Position numbers and translations under genes: made by a program. Below are positions 1-9,229 of a stretch of 64,000 nucleotides of DNA, piece by piece. Each line of letters begins with the position of its first letter. Position 1 is the stretch's first letter. Source of the DNA: an uncultured delta proteobacterium (GTDB lineage Bacteria > Myxococcota_A > Polyangia > Haliangiales > Haliangiaceae); assembly GCA_963848295.1 (NCBI GenBank), contig CAWKDB010000010.1, forward strand, positions 3,680,001 through 3,744,000, in the 5' to 3' direction. A model generated the notes under the pieces. The model was given only the letters and a program-made list of their open reading frames with translations. It searched no databases and was not told where the DNA came from.

Positions 1-1015
1 CCTTCGAGCTCGGCTCGGCACCGGCGAACGCCCGGCTGACGAGCTCGCCGAGCGGGCGGCGCGGCTTGCGATTGTCGACGCAGGCCTGGGCAAGGGCGCG
101 GACGAGCGGATCGCCGGGCAGCTCGATCGGCCCGGGCTTCAGCACCGCCGGATCGTCCCAGCGCGCGATCGCGTGCATCATCGCGGCTTGCTCCGACCAG
201 ATCGTCGTCAGTTCTTGCAGACCGAGCGTACGCCGCGCGAGCCGCTCGCCGAGCGCCGCGAAGCCGAGCCACGCCAGCCACATCCGGGCGAGCGCGCCGC
301 GCGAGTAGTGGCGCGGTCCGAACAGCTCGTTGAAGCGCAGCGAAGGCGTGAGCTGCAAGGCCGCGGCGAGCGTGGCGGGCTCGGGCGCGGCCCAAGCGAT
401 ACCGACGAGCTCGGTGAATCCGGCCAGGTCGCGCTCGCCGCCGCCTTGGGCCGCGAACGTCGCATCGAGATCCGCGCCGGCGAAGATCGCCTCGGCGATC
501 GCCTGCTCGCGCGCGAACAGGGCGTCGTCGGCGGGGAGCGACGTGCCGATGATCGCGGGGTCTTGGATCGAGGCGATCTCGGCGAGCACGTCGGCGTGGG
601 TCGCGCCATCGCGGTTCGGCGCGAGCGCGAGCGGGCAGATCACGCTGTTGAAGTCGACGATCATATAGCTGCCGGCGCGAAACACCCGGTTGAACGGGAA
701 CAACCGGCACGACGCGGGCTTCGCGGCCCGGCCGTCTTCGACCTCGACGCGGCACAGCCCGTCGTCGGCGAGGAACCAGCAACGGTCGCGCGGGCTGAAC
801 GCGGTCACGGCGTCGCCGCGCTTGCGCACGAACGCGGCGAGCTCGGGCCGGCGGGCGACGAGCGCAACGAGCTGGCCGCCGACCGCATCGAGGCCGATGC
901 CGAGGCCTTTGCAGCACGCACCGCACCCGCGGCAGTCATAACGAAATCCGCGATCCGGCCACGTGAAGTACGTGGTTGGCGGTGCGGCTGCGCCCTCGGT
1001 CTTCCCTGCCGCCAT
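1..1015 (-). CDS. YkgJ-family cysteine-cluster (Fe-S/Zn) protein, 3' end beyond the window
   Basis: Not in the ORF track; translated by hand from ATG at 1015 with GAGGAA upstream: FRYDCRGCGACCKG...RDRCWFLADDGLCRVE...KPASCRLFPF, the CxxCxxCC / C-x-FL...C / P-x-x-CRxFP pattern. Confidence 0.85.
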   Translation of the reverse strand, partial: MAAGKTEGAAAPPTTYFTWPDRGFRYDCRGCGACCKGLGIGLDAVGGQLVALVARRPELAAFVRKRGDAVTAFSPRDRCWFLADDGLCRVEVEDGRAAKPASCRLFPFNRVFRAGSYMIVDFNSVICPLALAPNRDGATHADVLAEIASIQDPAIIGTSLPADDALFAREQAIAEAIFAGADLDATFAAQGGGERDLAGFTELVGIAWAAPEPATLAAALQLTPSLRFNELFGPRHYSRGALARMWLAWLGFAALGERLARRTLGLQELTTIWSEQAAMMHAIARWDDPAVLKPGPIELPGDPLVRALAQACVDNRKPRRPLGELVSRAFAGAEPSSK

Positions 1016-1058
1016 CACCCTTCCTCTCAGTCCGCTTTCGCGCTCCGCGCTCCGCGGC

Positions 1059-2195
1059 CTACTCGTCGTCGCCGACGTCTTTGCTGCGGCGCTGCACGTT
1101 CGCCGCGCGCGCGAGCTCTTTGTAGATCCGGCCGACGCGCTCGACCTGGCCCTTCGCCGGAAACCGCTCGTAGAACCCTTCGCCGCGGAACTGGCGACCG
1201 AGCTCGCCCCACGGCGCGAGCCGACGCGCCCAGCGCTTGACGCGATCGTCCGGATCCGGATCCTCGGCGACGAGATCCGCGCACACCCGCAGCATCGCCT
1301 TGAGCGTCACCGGCCGCGTCACCATCGACGCCGAATGGCCCCACGCTTCGCCCCACGCCTTCTCGGCCGCGCGCAGGAAGTCGCGCACGACCTCGTAGTG
1401 CTTCTCGGCTTCGCGCTGCCAGCTCGGCCGCTTCTTGATCTTCTTCCAGTCGGTGAGCGCCCAGCGATGGATCTCGTTGAACAGCTCGGCCTGGAGGATC
1501 CACTTCTCCTGCTTGCTGCGGCCGCCGAGGCGATTGATCTTGTAGCGCAGCGGGCTATCGCCCTCGCGATAGAGGTGATCGACGACGCGCGCTGCATACT
1601 TCTTGTCGGGCGCGGCCCACGACACCTTCTCGTACAAGTCGATCAGGTGGGACTTGTTGATCCGGGTCGGCGTCGAGTTGATGATGACGAACATCTCGGT
1701 CGCGAAGTCTTCGCTCTTGCCGTCGAAGATCACGCATGGCACGTGCATCGTCTTCGCGTCGTCGGGACGCTCGTTCCTGAAGAAGTGCAGCGCGGCGAGC
1801 CGATGCTGGCCGTCGATGATCAGATACTTGCCGCGCGGCTCGGTGAGATTTCCGACGTTCGCGAACGGCTTGACCGGATCGAACTTGAGCCGCTCCTCGG
1901 TGAACAGCAGCACCGTGCCCGGGATCGGCGGCTGGCTCGCGGCGGTCTCGTAGAAGTTCTTGATCGCGGTGACCTTCGCGCGTGACAGCTCGCGCTGAAA
2001 CGCCGCGTCGGTCGACTCGATCTTCGAGATAAACGTGGCGACCTCGTCGCTCGCCTCGACCTCGTCCGCCGCCAGGCTCGGCGCGCCTTCCGCGTAGAAC
2101 CGGTGGATGAACCGCGCCTTGTCGAGGAGGTCCTCGGCCGGGTAGGCGCAGAAATAGAACACGCTGTCCTTCTGTCGGATCTGGGTCGCCAGCAC
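1059..2195 (-). CDS. DGQHR domain protein (DndB-like, ParB superfamily)
   Basis: AFQRELS, YLIIDGQHRLAAL and FVIINSTPTRIN motifs; GTG start with TAAAGT 6 nt upstream. Confidence 0.88.
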   Translation of the reverse strand: MLATQIRQKDSVFYFCAYPAEDLLDKARFIHRFYAEGAPSLAADEVEASDEVATFISKIESTDAAFQRELSRAKVTAIKNFYETAASQPPIPGTVLLFTEERLKFDPVKPFANVGNLTEPRGKYLIIDGQHRLAALHFFRNERPDDAKTMHVPCVIFDGKSEDFATEMFVIINSTPTRINKSHLIDLYEKVSWAAPDKKYAARVVDHLYREGDSPLRYKINRLGGRSKQEKWILQAELFNEIHRWALTDWKKIKKRPSWQREAEKHYEVVRDFLRAAEKAWGEAWGHSASMVTRPVTLKAMLRVCADLVAEDPDPDDRVKRWARRLAPWGELGRQFRGEGFYERFPAKGQVERVGRIYKELARAANVQRRSKDVGDDE

Positions 2196-2227
2196 GGCGC
2201 CACTTTAGACCAGGATCGGCGCCAAGA

Positions 2228-4639
2228 TCAGTCGAGGTCCCAGTCGATGTCGGAAATGCTGCGATCATTTCTGATATCGACGGTCCGCGTCCGCTCATCC
2301 CCGCGTGCGGGCGCCGGGGCGGGCCGGTTGTTGCGCTCGATCTGGGCCATGCCGTCCATGTTCGAGGCCCGAGTCGCTTCGTTGTCGTCGAACGACGTGC
2401 TGCGCAACGGCGCGATCTCGGTCGGCGGCGCGTTGGACAGGAACTTGGGCTCCGAGGCGGCGCGCTTGGCCTCTTCGTCGAGCAACCGCGGGTCGATCTC
2501 GCCCATCCGGGTCGGCTCGTCGAACTGCGAGCTCGTCTGGCCCGGCCCGGGGGCAGCGCGCAGCGCGGCGAGCAACTCGTTATCGTTGACCTGGCGGGTC
2601 GCCTCGTCGCCAAACGGCGGCGGGACCTGCCGGCGGCCGGCCCCCCGCGGCACCGGCGGCGGCGCGGTCGTGGGCTTGCTGCGGGCGCCGGGAGGCGGGG
2701 CAGGTGGCTTCGCGCGGCTCGCCGGGGGTGCGTTGGTCGGGCGCTTGCCGCGCCGCGAGTTCGCCTGGGCGAGGCCGACCACGACCGCGGGGGTCGCCGG
2801 CACGTCCGGGCGGCCGGGAGCGGGTGGCGCCGCGGGCTCGTCATCGAAGTCGAAGTCGTACGCCGGCGGCGGCGGCGCCGAGCCGATGAACACCTGCGAG
2901 TCTTCGTCCGCGAGGCGGCCACCCTCGTCGCGCAGCATGCGCAGGATGCGAGTGCGCTCGCCGGCGGACAGCGCATCTCGCCGACCGTGACCCGTGTGCT
3001 GGCCGCGCGATTGCTTCGCGAACTCGGACAGCGGCACCGGGGCGTCGAACTTCTTGCCCTTGCCGGCGGAGCGCTCGGTCTTGACCGGCAGCGGCGTCAT
3101 CACCGACATCTGCGAGCCCGCGCGATCGGGGCGGAAGATGCTCGTCGCGGAGCGCAGCCACTTGCGCGGACCGCTCGCGGCCGGCTGACCACCGGTCGGG
3201 CTGCGAGACGGCGCGCGTGCCGGCGCCGGACCGACGCTGCCACCGAGCGCTTGCGCAGCGGCGCGGGCGGCGTCCTCCGGGCACTCGATCGCGCGCGGTA
3301 CGAACTTGCGCACGAGGTCGTCGGTCTTGCCGAGCTGGTACTGGTGCGGCCGCTCGACGAATCGAATCCCCATCTTCTCGAGCCACTGCACCGGCGGGTC
3401 CGCGCCGATCAGGACGAACGCGCCTTCGTTCGGATAGCGCTTCTGCGTCCCGTCGGCGAGCGCGAGCGTCACCGAGTCGGGATCGAATTGCAGCACCTGC
3501 GAGCCGAGCTTCGCCTTGACCCGACCTTCGGACGAGTACTGCTCGATCGTCTGCTTGTTCTTCGGCTGCGCGCGAGAGAACGCCTTGCCGCGATACGAGA
3601 TGATGACCTTCGCGCCGGCATCGGCGAGTGCGAGCGCCGCTTCGACCGCGCTGTCGCCGCCGCCGACTACGATCACGTTGCGGCCTTGCCAATCGTCGGG
3701 ATCGTCGAGCAGGCTCGACACCTTCGGCAGGTTCTCGCCCTGGACTTGCAACGTGCGCGGCTTACCGCGCGTACCGATCGACAGCACGACGCGTTGCGCG
3801 CGATACGCCGCGACCGTGGTGCGCAGGTCGAAGCCGCCGAGCGGCGACGGCTTGACGTCCTCGACCGACTCGCCTTGCTTGATCTTCAAGCCGACGCGAT
3901 CGATCAGCTCTTTCCAGATCGGGATGAGCTGCTCCTTGCTGGAGTCGAACACCGGCAGCAGCGAGACGTTCTCGCTCTCGTACGGCTCGGCCATCACGAG
4001 CTTGCCCTTGGGATAACGCGCGATCGTCGACGCGATCAGCTGCTCTTTCTCGAGCACGACGTACGACAGCCCGCGCTGGATGCACGACAGCGCGGCCGAC
4101 AAGCCACCCGGACCGGAGCCGACGATCGCGACGTCGACGCCGATGCCGGCGCCGATCACACCGGGCTGTAGGCCGGTCGACAGCATGTGCTCGATCACCG
4201 CGCGGCCGAGGTTCGCGGCGCTCTTCACGAGCGGCTTGCCGGCGACTTCGCCGATCAAGTATTGGCCGGGCACCGCGGTCTGAAAGTGCTCGTCGATCTC
4301 GGGCACCATCAACGGCGGCGGGACGTTGCCCTCGGGGAACATCACGAGCGCCTCGGTCGGGCACGCGAACATGCACGCCTCGCACTGGATGCAGTCCTCG
4401 AACCGCAACACGCGGCTCTTGTTCGCGACCAGGTCGAGCACGTTCGTGGGGCAGACCGCGACGCAGGCATCGCAGCCGGTGCAGCGGTCGTCGTTGATGT
4501 CGTGGACGAGGATCTGCGGGCCCACGACCGCCGCGGGAGCGACGTGTGCAGAATGGCGCCGGCGCGCCTGCAGCATCGTGAACGTCGCCATCAAGAGGAC
4601 AGCGAAGCCCCCGAGCGCCAAGGGGACGACCCAGGTCAC
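2228..4639 (-). CDS. Membrane-anchored 2x[4Fe-4S] ferredoxin fused to a TrxB/YpdA-like FAD/NAD(P)H oxidoreductase, with a long Pro-rich C-terminal tail
   Basis: N-terminal TM helix; CTGCDACVAVCP and CIQCEACMFACP; IVGSGPGGLSAA (FAD); VVGGGDSAVE (NADPH); low-complexity tail. Confidence 0.85.
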   Translation of the reverse strand: MTWVVPLALGGFAVLLMATFTMLQARRRHSAHVAPAAVVGPQILVHDINDDRCTGCDACVAVCPTNVLDLVANKSRVLRFEDCIQCEACMFACPTEALVMFPEGNVPPPLMVPEIDEHFQTAVPGQYLIGEVAGKPLVKSAANLGRAVIEHMLSTGLQPGVIGAGIGVDVAIVGSGPGGLSAALSCIQRGLSYVVLEKEQLIASTIARYPKGKLVMAEPYESENVSLLPVFDSSKEQLIPIWKELIDRVGLKIKQGESVEDVKPSPLGGFDLRTTVAAYRAQRVVLSIGTRGKPRTLQVQGENLPKVSSLLDDPDDWQGRNVIVVGGGDSAVEAALALADAGAKVIISYRGKAFSRAQPKNKQTIEQYSSEGRVKAKLGSQVLQFDPDSVTLALADGTQKRYPNEGAFVLIGADPPVQWLEKMGIRFVERPHQYQLGKTDDLVRKFVPRAIECPEDAARAAAQALGGSVGPAPARAPSRSPTGGQPAASGPRKWLRSATSIFRPDRAGSQMSVMTPLPVKTERSAGKGKKFDAPVPLSEFAKQSRGQHTGHGRRDALSAGERTRILRMLRDEGGRLADEDSQVFIGSAPPPPAYDFDFDDEPAAPPAPGRPDVPATPAVVVGLAQANSRRGKRPTNAPPASRAKPPAPPPGARSKPTTAPPPVPRGAGRRQVPPPFGDEATRQVNDNELLAALRAAPGPGQTSSQFDEPTRMGEIDPRLLDEEAKRAASEPKFLSNAPPTEIAPLRSTSFDDNEATRASNMDGMAQIERNNRPAPAPARGDERTRTVDIRNDRSISDIDWDLD

Positions 4640-4673
4640 CGGCTAAGGATACCCGATTCAGTTGCCACGTGCG

Positions 4674-5378
<705 letters not shown>

Positions 5379-5452
5379 AGCGCCGTAGTCTACTCCGAGG
5401 TGGGAGATGTGCGCTGCGCGCGTTCCGGGGTGCGCGTGTTACTGTGGTCGAG

Positions 5453-6331
5453 ATGTCGCGCGCGCTGGCGGTGCTCACCGCTTGCTTGCTTGGCTTTTGG
5501 GCCCGCGGCGCGGCGGCCGATGTCGATACGAGCGTCCGCGATCTGAGCAACTCGGGCGCGGTGTACAAGGTGCGGCTCGCCGCCGCCCTCGCGCTGTCGA
5601 GGTCAAAGGATCCGCGCGCGGTGATCGGCCTCGCAGAAGGCTTGGAGCGGGATAGCGACGCGACGATCCGACGCGTGTGCGCGCTCGCGCTCGAGAAGAC
5701 GATGGACGGGAACACCGCCGACGATGCGAAGCAATTCGCCTTCGCCGCGCTCGACACGGCGGCGAAAGACGACGATGACGCGAAGGTCCGCGAGACCGCG
5801 GCCAGGACCGCGAAGGCGCTCGCGGCGCTGCGCAAGCGAAGGCCGTCGAGTACCGGCTCGGGCCCCAGACCCGAAGTGTTCGTCAACATCGACAAGACGA
5901 TGGATCAGTCGCGGCACGTGTCCGGCGAGGCGGCGGTGCGGCTGACCGCGATCGTCCGCAAGGGCGTCGAGGCGAAGACCGGGTACGCGACGAGCTGGCC
6001 GGGAGGACTGCCCAGCGCCGCCGACTTGACGTCGAGCAGGTCGCGCGCGTTCATCATCGCGTCGACCGTGAAGAAGGTCGACATCGAACGCATCGGCCAT
6101 CAGACGTCGATCGCGTGCACCGTCGCGATTCGCGTCGCGCCGTGGGGCGGCACCGATAGCGGCGAGAAGTGGGAGGCGAACAAGGTCGCGTCGGCGAGCG
6201 GCTCGGCCAAGGCGATGACGGGATCGAACGACCGAGACGTCGCGGGCGGCGTGCGCGACTGCCTCGAAGCGGTCGCGGAGGATGTCACGGTGCGCCAGAT
6301 CGTGCCGTTCTTGAAGAAGCTCGCGCAATAG
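5453..6331 (+). CDS. Exported HEAT-repeat protein
   Basis: Signal peptide ending AAA; repeats VRLAAALAL, IRRVCALAL, VRETAARTA; ATG at 5453 with TGTTACTGT upstream. Confidence 0.7.
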   Translation: MSRALAVLTACLLGFWARGAAADVDTSVRDLSNSGAVYKVRLAAALALSRSKDPRAVIGLAEGLERDSDATIRRVCALALEKTMDGNTADDAKQFAFAALDTAAKDDDDAKVRETAARTAKALAALRKRRPSSTGSGPRPEVFVNIDKTMDQSRHVSGEAAVRLTAIVRKGVEAKTGYATSWPGGLPSAADLTSSRSRAFIIASTVKKVDIERIGHQTSIACTVAIRVAPWGGTDSGEKWEANKVASASGSAKAMTGSNDRDVAGGVRDCLEAVAEDVTVRQIVPFLKKLAQ

Positions 6332-6399
6332 CCGGACGAGACCCGCCCTCGCCGCACGTCGGAGCCGACCGCGCCGCACGAATCTGCTAACAAGGCGGC

Positions 6400-8091
6400 A
6401 TGGACCCCGCGACGATCGCCGCGCTGCTGCGTGAGATCTCGACGTACTTCGAGCTCGAGGGCGATCGCCATCGCGCGGGCGCGTACGATCGGGCGGCGAA
6501 GTCGATCGAAGCAGCGAACGGGTTCCCGAAGCTCGTGCTCGAAGGTCGATTGCGCGAGCTGCCGGGCGTCGGCCCGTCGATCGAGAAGGTGGTCGCGGAC
6601 CTCGCGCAGACCGGGCGCAGCGAGGTGCTCGAGCGGCTGCGCGCGAAGTGGCCGGCGGTGATCGTCGAGCTGTCGCAGCTGCCCGCGGTCGGGGTGGTGC
6701 GCGCCGCCAAGCTCCACGCCGCCTTCGCGCCGAGCGATCTCGACGCGATCGCCGCGCTCGCGAGAGCCGGCGCGATTCGAGAGCTGCCCGGGTTCGGCGT
6801 GCTCAGCGAGGCGAAGATCCTGCGTGCGATCGAGGACCGCCACCTCGCGGGTGCGCGCGCGTTGCACGTCGATGCCGAGCAGCACGTGCTCGCGCTCGCC
6901 GAGTTCGTGCGCAGCGCGGCATCGCGCGTCGATGTCGCCGGCCCGGTGCGCCGGTGGCTCGAGATCTGCGATCATCTCGCGCTCGCGGTCGCGAGCGAGC
7001 ACGCCGAGCCGGTCGTCGAGCGACTGCGCGCGTATCCGCTCCTGACGTCGGTCGAGCAACCGAGCGCCACGCTCGCGATCGGCAAGCTCGCGGATGGCCT
7101 GCGCTGCGAGGTCCACATCGCGCCTGCCGCGCGCCACGGCTGGACGCTCGTCACCGCGACCGGCTCGCCCGAGCACGTGGCCGCGTTGCACGATCGAGCG
7201 CGACAGCGCGGCGTCGCGCTGGATAGCGGCGAGTTGCGCGACGAGGCCGCGGTCTACCGCGCGCTCGGCCTGCCGGTGATTCCACCGGAGCTGCGCGACG
7301 GCGCCGGCGAGCTCGCCGCCGCAGATCGCGGCGATGCGTTCGACGATCTCGTCACGCTCGCCGACGTGACGACCGCGTTTCACTGTCACACGACGTACAG
7401 CGATGGCAAGCAGTCGATCGAAGCGATGGCGAACGCCGCGCGCGAGCTCGGCATGCGCGGCATCACGATCACCGATCACTCCGCGGCGGCGAGCTACGCC
7501 GGCGGCATCGGCAGCGACGGTCTGCGCGCGCAAGCCGACGAGATCGCCGCGCTGCCCGATCTCGGCGTCAAGATCCTGCGCGGGATCGAGGCCGACATCC
7601 TGATCGACGGCCAGCTCGACGTACCGCACGAGCTGCTGCCGCACCTCGATCTCGTGATCGCCAGCGTCCATCAACGCCACAAGCTCGACGAGACGGCGAT
7701 GACGGCGCGCATCGTCACCGCGATGCGCCAGCCCCACTTCAAGATCTGGGGGCACGCGCTCGGCCGGCTCGTCATGCGTCGCGATCCGATCGCGATCCGC
7801 ATCGGCGAGGTGCTCGACGCGATCGCCGAGTCGCCCGCCGCGATCGAGCTCAACGGTGACCCGTATCGTCTCGATCTCGATCCGATCAATGCGCGACTCG
7901 CGGCGGCGCGAGGCATCAAGTTCGTCGTGTCGTCCGACGCGCACTCGACCAAAGGGCTCGAAGCGGTGCGCTGGGCGGTCGCGATGGCTCGCCGCGCTCG
8001 GTTGCGGCCGCGCGACGTGCTCAACACGCTTCCGCCGGACGAGCTGGCGGACCACATCGCTCCGCACGCGGTCGTTACCAGAACGCGATGA
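6400..8091 (+). CDS. polX: PolX/PHP family protein (non-canonical polymerase site)
   Basis: HhH motifs LPGVGPSI and LPGFG; IPPELRD; PHP motifs HCHTTYSDG, TDHS, GIEADI, GH, SDAH. Confidence 0.9.
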   Translation: MDPATIAALLREISTYFELEGDRHRAGAYDRAAKSIEAANGFPKLVLEGRLRELPGVGPSIEKVVADLAQTGRSEVLERLRAKWPAVIVELSQLPAVGVVRAAKLHAAFAPSDLDAIAALARAGAIRELPGFGVLSEAKILRAIEDRHLAGARALHVDAEQHVLALAEFVRSAASRVDVAGPVRRWLEICDHLALAVASEHAEPVVERLRAYPLLTSVEQPSATLAIGKLADGLRCEVHIAPAARHGWTLVTATGSPEHVAALHDRARQRGVALDSGELRDEAAVYRALGLPVIPPELRDGAGELAAADRGDAFDDLVTLADVTTAFHCHTTYSDGKQSIEAMANAARELGMRGITITDHSAAASYAGGIGSDGLRAQADEIAALPDLGVKILRGIEADILIDGQLDVPHELLPHLDLVIASVHQRHKLDETAMTARIVTAMRQPHFKIWGHALGRLVMRRDPIAIRIGEVLDAIAESPAAIELNGDPYRLDLDPINARLAAARGIKFVVSSDAHSTKGLEAVRWAVAMARRARLRPRDVLNTLPPDELADHIAPHAVVTRTR

Positions 8092-9229
8092 TCGCGAGCG
8101 GCACGAGCGCCCACGAGATCGGCACGAACAGAGGCTGATGCAACACGCCGATCGCGGCGAGCGCCGACACCGCGAGCAAGCCCGCGACGCGGATGCGCGC
8201 GTAACGGCGCCGGCTGGTCGGTGAGAACAACGGCAGCGCGAGATCGAGCGGCACGAGCACGAGCACGACTTCGTTCCAGCGCAGCGCCGGGATCGACGAC
8301 AGCGCGACGAGCGACCAGATCACGAGTCCCCACAGCCCGAGGTAGAACGTCGTCCAGCCGAGCGCGAGCCGTTCGAACCGTCGCCGCCAGCGCGCGAGTC
8401 CGATCGGCAGGGCGCAGGCGAGCCCGATCACGAACATCGCGAGTCGCCCGGTCGAGCCCTCGGTCGGAAACGGCGGCGCCTTGCGCGCGTTGACGCGCAC
8501 CGGCGTCGCGCCGAGCTCGACCGAGACTTGGTGGCGCAGCACGTCAGGATAGAACATCGCCTGCCACACCGTCGGCGTCGCGTCGACCGTTCGCCCGGCG
8601 ATGAAGTCGGCGAGCGCGTACAGCGCCGGCAGCTCGACCAAGCCGCGATGGCCGAGCTGGCGAAACGTGAGCGGATAGTCGGCGGTCGCGCCCGCACGCA
8701 ACTTGCCGCCGACCGCTTCGTCGATCACGTCGCGCAGTCGCGTCGTGCAGTTGTCGAAGAAATGATCGTAGTCGTACTCGCGATTCGCGGGCTCGAGCGC
8801 GCGATGCAGCGCGGCTTCGATCATGCGTCGTTGCCCGGGCGTCAGTGCGAGGTCTTGCCGCCAGATGTCGCGATCCTCGCGCTCGTAGAACCCGAGCATC
8901 GTCCCCCAATTCTCGGGGTCGACCCAGAACCGCTGGGTGCCGCGCAAGAAGTTCCACGTCAGCCCCCAACCGCTGTCGAAATCGGTGACGCCGTAGTTGA
9001 AGCACACCGCACGCGCGTCGTCGGGGCCGTAACGCAAGCATAGTGCGGCGTGACCGAAGCGCTCGAAGATCCGGTCGCCGGGCCCGAACGTGAACAGCTC
9101 GACATCGGGCGCCTCCGCGCTCGACGGCAGCGTCGCCGGATCGATCGGCGCCGGCTGAGCGCGCGCCTCGCGCGACGACGCAGCCGAAGCGACGACGGCG
9201 ATGGCGATGGCCACCGCGTGGCGCATCAC
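8075..9229 (-). CDS. DUF4105 / Lnb-like periplasmic domain protein with C-terminal TM helices
   Basis: FGHAAL, FNYG and YDYDHFFDNCTTRLRD motifs; signal peptide; about five C-terminal TM segments. Confidence 0.8.
   Translation of the reverse strand: MMRHAVAIAIAVVASAASSREARAQPAPIDPATLPSSAEAPDVELFTFGPGDRIFERFGHAALCLRYGPDDARAVCFNYGVTDFDSGWGLTWNFLRGTQRFWVDPENWGTMLGFYEREDRDIWRQDLALTPGQRRMIEAALHRALEPANREYDYDHFFDNCTTRLRDVIDEAVGGKLRAGATADYPLTFRQLGHRGLVELPALYALADFIAGRTVDATPTVWQAMFYPDVLRHQVSVELGATPVRVNARKAPPFPTEGSTGRLAMFVIGLACALPIGLARWRRRFERLALGWTTFYLGLWGLVIWSLVALSSIPALRWNEVVLVLVPLDLALPLFSPTSRRRYARIRVAGLLAVSALAAIGVLHQPLFVPISWALVPLAIIAFW

Noticed and set aside
1059..2195. A complete phosphorothioation (dnd) system
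   Set aside because: No cysteine desulfurase, PAPS-reductase-like DndC, SMC-like DndD or DndE in the window.
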